A DNA stretch of 64,000 nt from Candidatus Krumholzibacteriota bacterium (GTDB taxonomy: Bacteria; Krumholzibacteriota; Krumholzibacteriia; LZORAL124-64-63). The stretch is taken from positions 1,120,620-1,184,619 of the forward strand of contig JAKLEB010000002.1 of assembly GCA_022711765.1 (NCBI GenBank), written 5' to 3'. The notes beneath the pieces are model-generated. The model did no database searches. It was given only the letters and a program-made list of their open reading frames with translations, and was not told the origin of the DNA. A program made the translations under genes and the position numbers. Below are positions 60,184-64,000 of the stretch, piece after piece (within the stretch, counting starts at the first letter, position 1; each line of letters begins with the position of its first letter).

Positions 60184-61136
60184 GCGGCCGGATCCTCGTG
60201 GGAGTCAGCTCCTGTCTGCTGGGCGAGCCGGTGCGCTGGGACGGCGGCCACCGGCAGGACCGCTACCTCTGCGACGTGCTCGGCCGGTTCGTCGAGTTCG
60301 TGCCGGTCTGTCCGGAGGCGGAGGCGGGCATGGGCATCCCGCGCGAACCGGTCCACCTGGAGGGCGACCTCGCGGCGCCGCGCCTGGTCGGCAATCGCAG
60401 CCGGACCGACTGGACGGCCCGCATGCGGCGTTCCTGTCGGCGGCGGGTCCGCGAGCTCGCCCGGCTCGGCCTGTCCGGCTACGTGCTCAAGAGCCGGTCG
60501 CCGAGCTGCGGGCTGGAGCGCGTGGAAGTGGCGGCGCCCGGCGGTGGCGGTCGACCTCGCCGGGCGGGCGTCGGCGTGTTCGCCGCGGAGCTGCGGCGAC
60601 GGCTGCCCCTCTTGCCGGTCGAGGAGGCGGAGCGCCTCGGCGATCCCCGTCTGCGCGAGCACTTCATCGTGCGCGTGTTCGCCCACCACCGCGTGCACGC
60701 GTTCTTCGCGGCCCGACCGGGTCGCGGCGAGATCGTGGCGTTTCACGCCCGTGAGAAGTACCTGCTGCTCGCGCACCGTACCGAGGGCTACCGCGAGCTC
60801 GGCCGGCTCGTGGCGCGGGTCGGGGATTTCTCGCCGGCCGACTTCCGCGATCGGTACGTGCGCGCCTACCTGGACACCCTGCAGCACCCGGCGACCGTGC
60901 GCAAGCACGTCAACGTGCTGCACCATCTCCTCGGCTACCTGAGGAACTCGCTCGGCCCAGCGGAGCGGGAGGACATCCTGCGGGCCATCGACGCCTATCG
61001 CGCGCAAGAGGTCCCGCTGATCGTGCCGGTGACCCTGCTGGAGCACCACCTCAGGATCCGGCAGGTGACCTACCTGCTCGACCAGGAATACCTGCATCCG
61101 GCGCCGGCCGAGCTCGCCCTGCGGTACCACGCCTAG
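60181..61136 (+). CDS. ybgA: DUF523/DUF1722 fusion protein (YbgA-like photolyase-operon partner)
   Basis: ORF 60135..61130 on the other strand is spurious. The plus-strand ORF MSGRILVGVSSCLLGEPVRWDGG... has an ATGA overlap with the photolyase stop. YbgA (DUF1722) is encoded next to phr in E. coli. Confidence 0.7.
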
Positions 61137-61160
61137 GCGTCCGGCCGACCTGACGGCACA

Positions 61161-61185
61161 GCGGCTCCAGTCGCGCTGGAGCCGC
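61161..61185 (+). terminator. Terminator hairpin after the phr-ybgA operon
   Basis: Perfect 10-bp stem GCGGCTCCAG / CTGGAGCCGC with loop TCGCG, 25 nt after the stop, followed by CGTTACCATCGCCGGTTCTGTC. Confidence 0.5.
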
Positions 61186-61389
61186 CGTTACCATCGCCGG
61201 TTCTGTCGGGGGGAAGCGGCGACCGTCCTTGGAGGGGACCGGTTTCCGGTCGACGACGTCACCCCGGCCAGGGCGACTCCTGAAGGAACAGAACGGCCGG
61301 CCCGCCGTCAACCCGTGCTGGCGCCGGGACCTGGACGTGGCGTATGTTCACGCGAGCCCGACCCCGGACCCTCGACCGCGAGGTCTGCG

Positions 61390-62964
61390 ATGCTGCGTAC
61401 CGCGATGATCCTGTTGCTGCTCGCCGGCCCCGCCGCGGGCGCCCTGGCCGCCGGGCCGCGATCCCTGGACCTGCCGGGCCCCGATGTCGCCACCCTGGCG
61501 GCCGAGGACGCCGCGGCGCGCGGCGGCGGCGGCCCGGAGCGTTTCGCCTCGCCGTACGACCTCTCGCTCGCCCCCGACGACGGCGACGGCTGGGACCGTC
61601 TGCCGGACGGGAGCCACCGCTGGCGGCTGCTGGTCAGCGCGCCGGGTTCGCTCAGCCTCAACTTCGGCTTCCGCCGGTTCGACCTGCCGTGGGGCGCGCG
61701 ACTCGTGATCGCCGGCCGCCAGGGCCCGGAGCGCACGTTCACCGCGGCCGACAACCGCGAGGACGGACAGCTCTGGACGCCGGTCGTCCTTGGCGACACG
61801 GCCCTGGTCACCCTCGTCCTGCCGCCCGGCGATCGCGATCGGTTCGCGCTCGAACTGCAACGGGTGAGTCGTGGCTATCGCTACTTCGGCGACACGGACC
61901 AGTCGAAGCAAGGCGTCTGCAACATCGACGTGGTCTGCCCGGAAGGCGATCCCTGGCGGCGGCAGATCCGCAGCGTGGCGGTCTACACGGTCGGCGGCTC
62001 CTGGCGATGCTCGGGCGCCATGATCAACAACACCGGACAGGACGGCACCCCGTACTTCCTGACCGCGAACCACTGTGGCGTGACCAGCGAGAACGCCGCG
62101 ACGGTCACGGTCTACTGGAACTTCATGAGCCCGGAGTGCGGCCAGCTCGCCGGGGGCAGCCTGGAGGAGACCCAGACGGGAGCGATCTGGCGAGCGTCGT
62201 ACGTCGCCACCGACATGACCCTGCTCGAGCTGTCGGCCCTGCCGGACACCGCGTCGCGGGTCAGCTATGCGGGGTGGGACCGCCGCGGGATCGACGTCGC
62301 GCAGGCGGTCGCGATCCATCACCCCAGCACGGACGAGAAGGCGATCAGTTTCGAGCACGATCCGCTCGAGATCACCTCGTACCTGAGCCAGGTCGTGCCG
62401 GGCAACGGCACGCACTGGCGGGTCGTGGACTGGGACCTCGGCACGACGGAACCCGGGTCGAGCGGCAGCCCGCTGTTCGACCAGGCCAGGCGCATCATCG
62501 GCCAGCTGCACGGCGGCGACGCCGCGTGCGGCAACGACGAGAGCGACTGGTACGGCCGGTTCGCGCTGTCCTGGGAGGGCGGGGGAGACGCGGCGTCCCA
62601 GCTCGCGCCCTGGCTCGACCCCACCGGCAGCGGCGCCGAGACCCTCGACATCTACGATCCGTACGGTCCCCAGGAACCGCCCGTCGAGCCGGATGGCGAC
62701 CAACTCGCGCAGCTGGACGGCGCCCGGCCGAATCCAGCGGTCGGCAGCGCGCAGATCCACTTCCGACTCGCGCGGGCCGGCCACGCCAAGCTGTCGGTCT
62801 ACGACCTGCGCGGGCGGCGGGTCGTGGTGCTGCTCGACGCCGACCTCGGGGTGGGCGACCAGACGCCGCTCGAGTTCGGCGCCGGCGCCGCGTCCGGCCG
62901 CTACTTCTGCAGGCTCGAGGCGCTGGGCGAGGAGCGGACCTGCGGCTTCACCCTGCTGCGCTGA
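61390..62964 (+). CDS. Secreted trypsin-like (S1) serine endopeptidase with a T9SS/FlgD-Ig-like C-terminal domain
   Basis: ORF 61315..62964. Start placed at the ATG at 61390 (MLRTAMILLLLAGPAAGALA signal). Catalytic triad context TANHCGV / DMTLLEL / GSSGSPLFD. C-terminus RPNPAVGSAQIHFRL...VYDLRGRRVVVL...GRYFCRLEALGEERTCGFTLLR. Confidence 0.7.
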   Translation: MLRTAMILLLLAGPAAGALAAGPRSLDLPGPDVATLAAEDAAARGGGGPERFASPYDLSLAPDDGDGWDRLPDGSHRWRLLVSAPGSLSLNFGFRRFDLPWGARLVIAGRQGPERTFTAADNREDGQLWTPVVLGDTALVTLVLPPGDRDRFALELQRVSRGYRYFGDTDQSKQGVCNIDVVCPEGDPWRRQIRSVAVYTVGGSWRCSGAMINNTGQDGTPYFLTANHCGVTSENAATVTVYWNFMSPECGQLAGGSLEETQTGAIWRASYVATDMTLLELSALPDTASRVSYAGWDRRGIDVAQAVAIHHPSTDEKAISFEHDPLEITSYLSQVVPGNGTHWRVVDWDLGTTEPGSSGSPLFDQARRIIGQLHGGDAACGNDESDWYGRFALSWEGGGDAASQLAPWLDPTGSGAETLDIYDPYGPQEPPVEPDGDQLAQLDGARPNPAVGSAQIHFRLARAGHAKLSVYDLRGRRVVVLLDADLGVGDQTPLEFGAGAASGRYFCRLEALGEERTCGFTLLR

Positions 62965-64000
62965 CGGCGCCGCCGGAGCGCGGCGACGATCGACGCCGCC
63001 GCCCCGACGGCTCCCGCCGTCGCGGCGAGTCGGCCGGCGATGCCCGTGCGCTCGGCCAGCGCGACGGTCTGCCGGCCCTCGCCGAGCAGGACGTAACCGG
63101 CCCAACTCGCCGGGTGGGCGGTCTCGGGGCGCCCCCGGAGCCATTGCTGGGTGCGCTGGAGCGCCTCCGCGGCGGTCCGTCCCTGAGCCAGCTCCCGGTA
63201 GAACCGCCGGGAGAACGCCGGCGCGTCGCGGTCCTCGATCGGCCACAACGTCGCCACGACCGTCCCGACGCCGGCCGACACGAACCCCGACGCCGGCCCG
63301 ACCATGCCCTCGCCGGAGATGACGGCGCCGCTCGCGCTGCCGCAGCTGGTGAGGACCGCGAGCCGCGCCGCGAGCCGGAGTTCGGCCACGTCGCCCGCGC
63401 GCAGGCGCGACGGCGACCCGGGCGCGCCGAAGACTAGGGCGCTGTTCCACGGCCGCTCTGCGTCGGTCTCGGCGTGAGCGGCGATGTGCAGCAGGTCGAA
63501 CCCGGCCGGGTCGTGCCCGCCGAACGGCGCGGCCTCCGTGGAATCGACGATCGCCGTCACGCCCTCGAAGTGGCCGGCGAGCCAGGCGATCTCCGCGGCG
63601 GCGCCAGGCAACGGTCGACCCTCGCCGTCCGCCAGACCGGCCGCGGCCAGGATCGAGGTCGACGCCGCGCGAGCCGCGACCGGGCGGCGGCGCAGCTCCG
63701 CCAGGAAGGTCGCCGAAGGCGCGCGCGCGACCGGCAGTTCCCGGGACTCCAGCAGCAACCCGAGGGGCAACCGGTGCAGATCGCTGTCCGGCGACCAGCA
63801 GATCGAGGTGGCGGAGTCGAGGACCGCCGCGAGGTCGACCGGCGGCAGATCGTCGTGGCGCCGGTCGACCACGCCGGCCACGAGCCGTGCGAGGGCGTCG
63901 TCGTCGCGCCGGTACGCGCGGTCGGCGATGAGGCCCTCGAGCACGGAGAGCGCCGCGACGACGGCCGCACGCTCGCGCAGCGGCAGGACGAGCAACGTGT
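62901..64000 (-). CDS. CHAT-domain protein (caspase-like peptidase fold). Partial: the N-terminus lies beyond the window end.
   Basis: ORF 62901..63995, probably open to the window edge. CHAT His/Cys dyad context HIAAHAE ... LAVLTSCGSASG. The 3' end overlaps the convergent S1 protease gene by ~64 nt. Confidence 0.55.
   Translation of the reverse strand, partial: TLLVLPLRERAAVVAALSVLEGLIADRAYRRDDDALARLVAGVVDRRHDDLPPVDLAAVLDSATSICWSPDSDLHRLPLGLLLESRELPVARAPSATFLAELRRRPVAARAASTSILAAAGLADGEGRPLPGAAAEIAWLAGHFEGVTAIVDSTEAAPFGGHDPAGFDLLHIAAHAETDAERPWNSALVFGAPGSPSRLRAGDVAELRLAARLAVLTSCGSASGAVISGEGMVGPASGFVSAGVGTVVATLWPIEDRDAPAFSRRFYRELAQGRTAAEALQRTQQWLRGRPETAHPASWAGYVLLGEGRQTVALAERTGIAGRLAATAGAVGAAASIVAALRRRRQRSRVKPQVRSSPSASSLQK

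Overview
This is a high-GC (~70%) bacterial chromosomal segment with no rRNA or tRNA genes. The most notable content is a complete type II-C CRISPR-Cas locus at about 10.9-18.2 kb. It has cas9-cas1-cas2 on the minus strand, a 40-repeat array (36-bp repeats, 39 spacers) that appears to be transcribed on the opposite strand toward cas2, and a predicted tracrRNA encoded divergently upstream of cas9. The tracrRNA has its own sigma70-like promoter, an anti-repeat, and 3' hairpins. The CRISPR-Cas island has lower GC than its flanks. It sits between a CUT2-type sugar ABC transporter and a GH92 mannosidase. Upstream lies a partial GH38 alpha-mannosidase that runs off the window start and is absent from the ORF track. 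The rest of the window encodes: (1) several large secreted enzymes (BNR protein, S8 subtilase, M4-like Zn-metalloprotease, S1 protease and hypotheticals) that share an ~80-aa C-terminal sorting domain with a PNPFNP motif, of the T9SS / FlgD-Ig-like type, which suggests an FCB-superphylum host such as Gemmatimonadota; (2) housekeeping and repair genes: RlmG, Ogt plus an Ada-AlkA fusion, NfeD-flotillin, a secreted MsrB, a DEAD-box helicase, DUF1015-serA-serC, a MeaB-like GTPase, CysS, and a class II photolyase followed by DUF523/DUF1722; (3) two very large hybrid sensor histidine kinases with beta-propeller sensor domains; (4) a small dockerin-repeat protein, an MFS transporter, an acyl-ACP thioesterase, a PhnDCEE phosphonate ABC transporter, and a partial CHAT-domain protein at the window end. 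Many long ORFs in the supplied track are antisense GC-bias artefacts or translations of CRISPR repeats.
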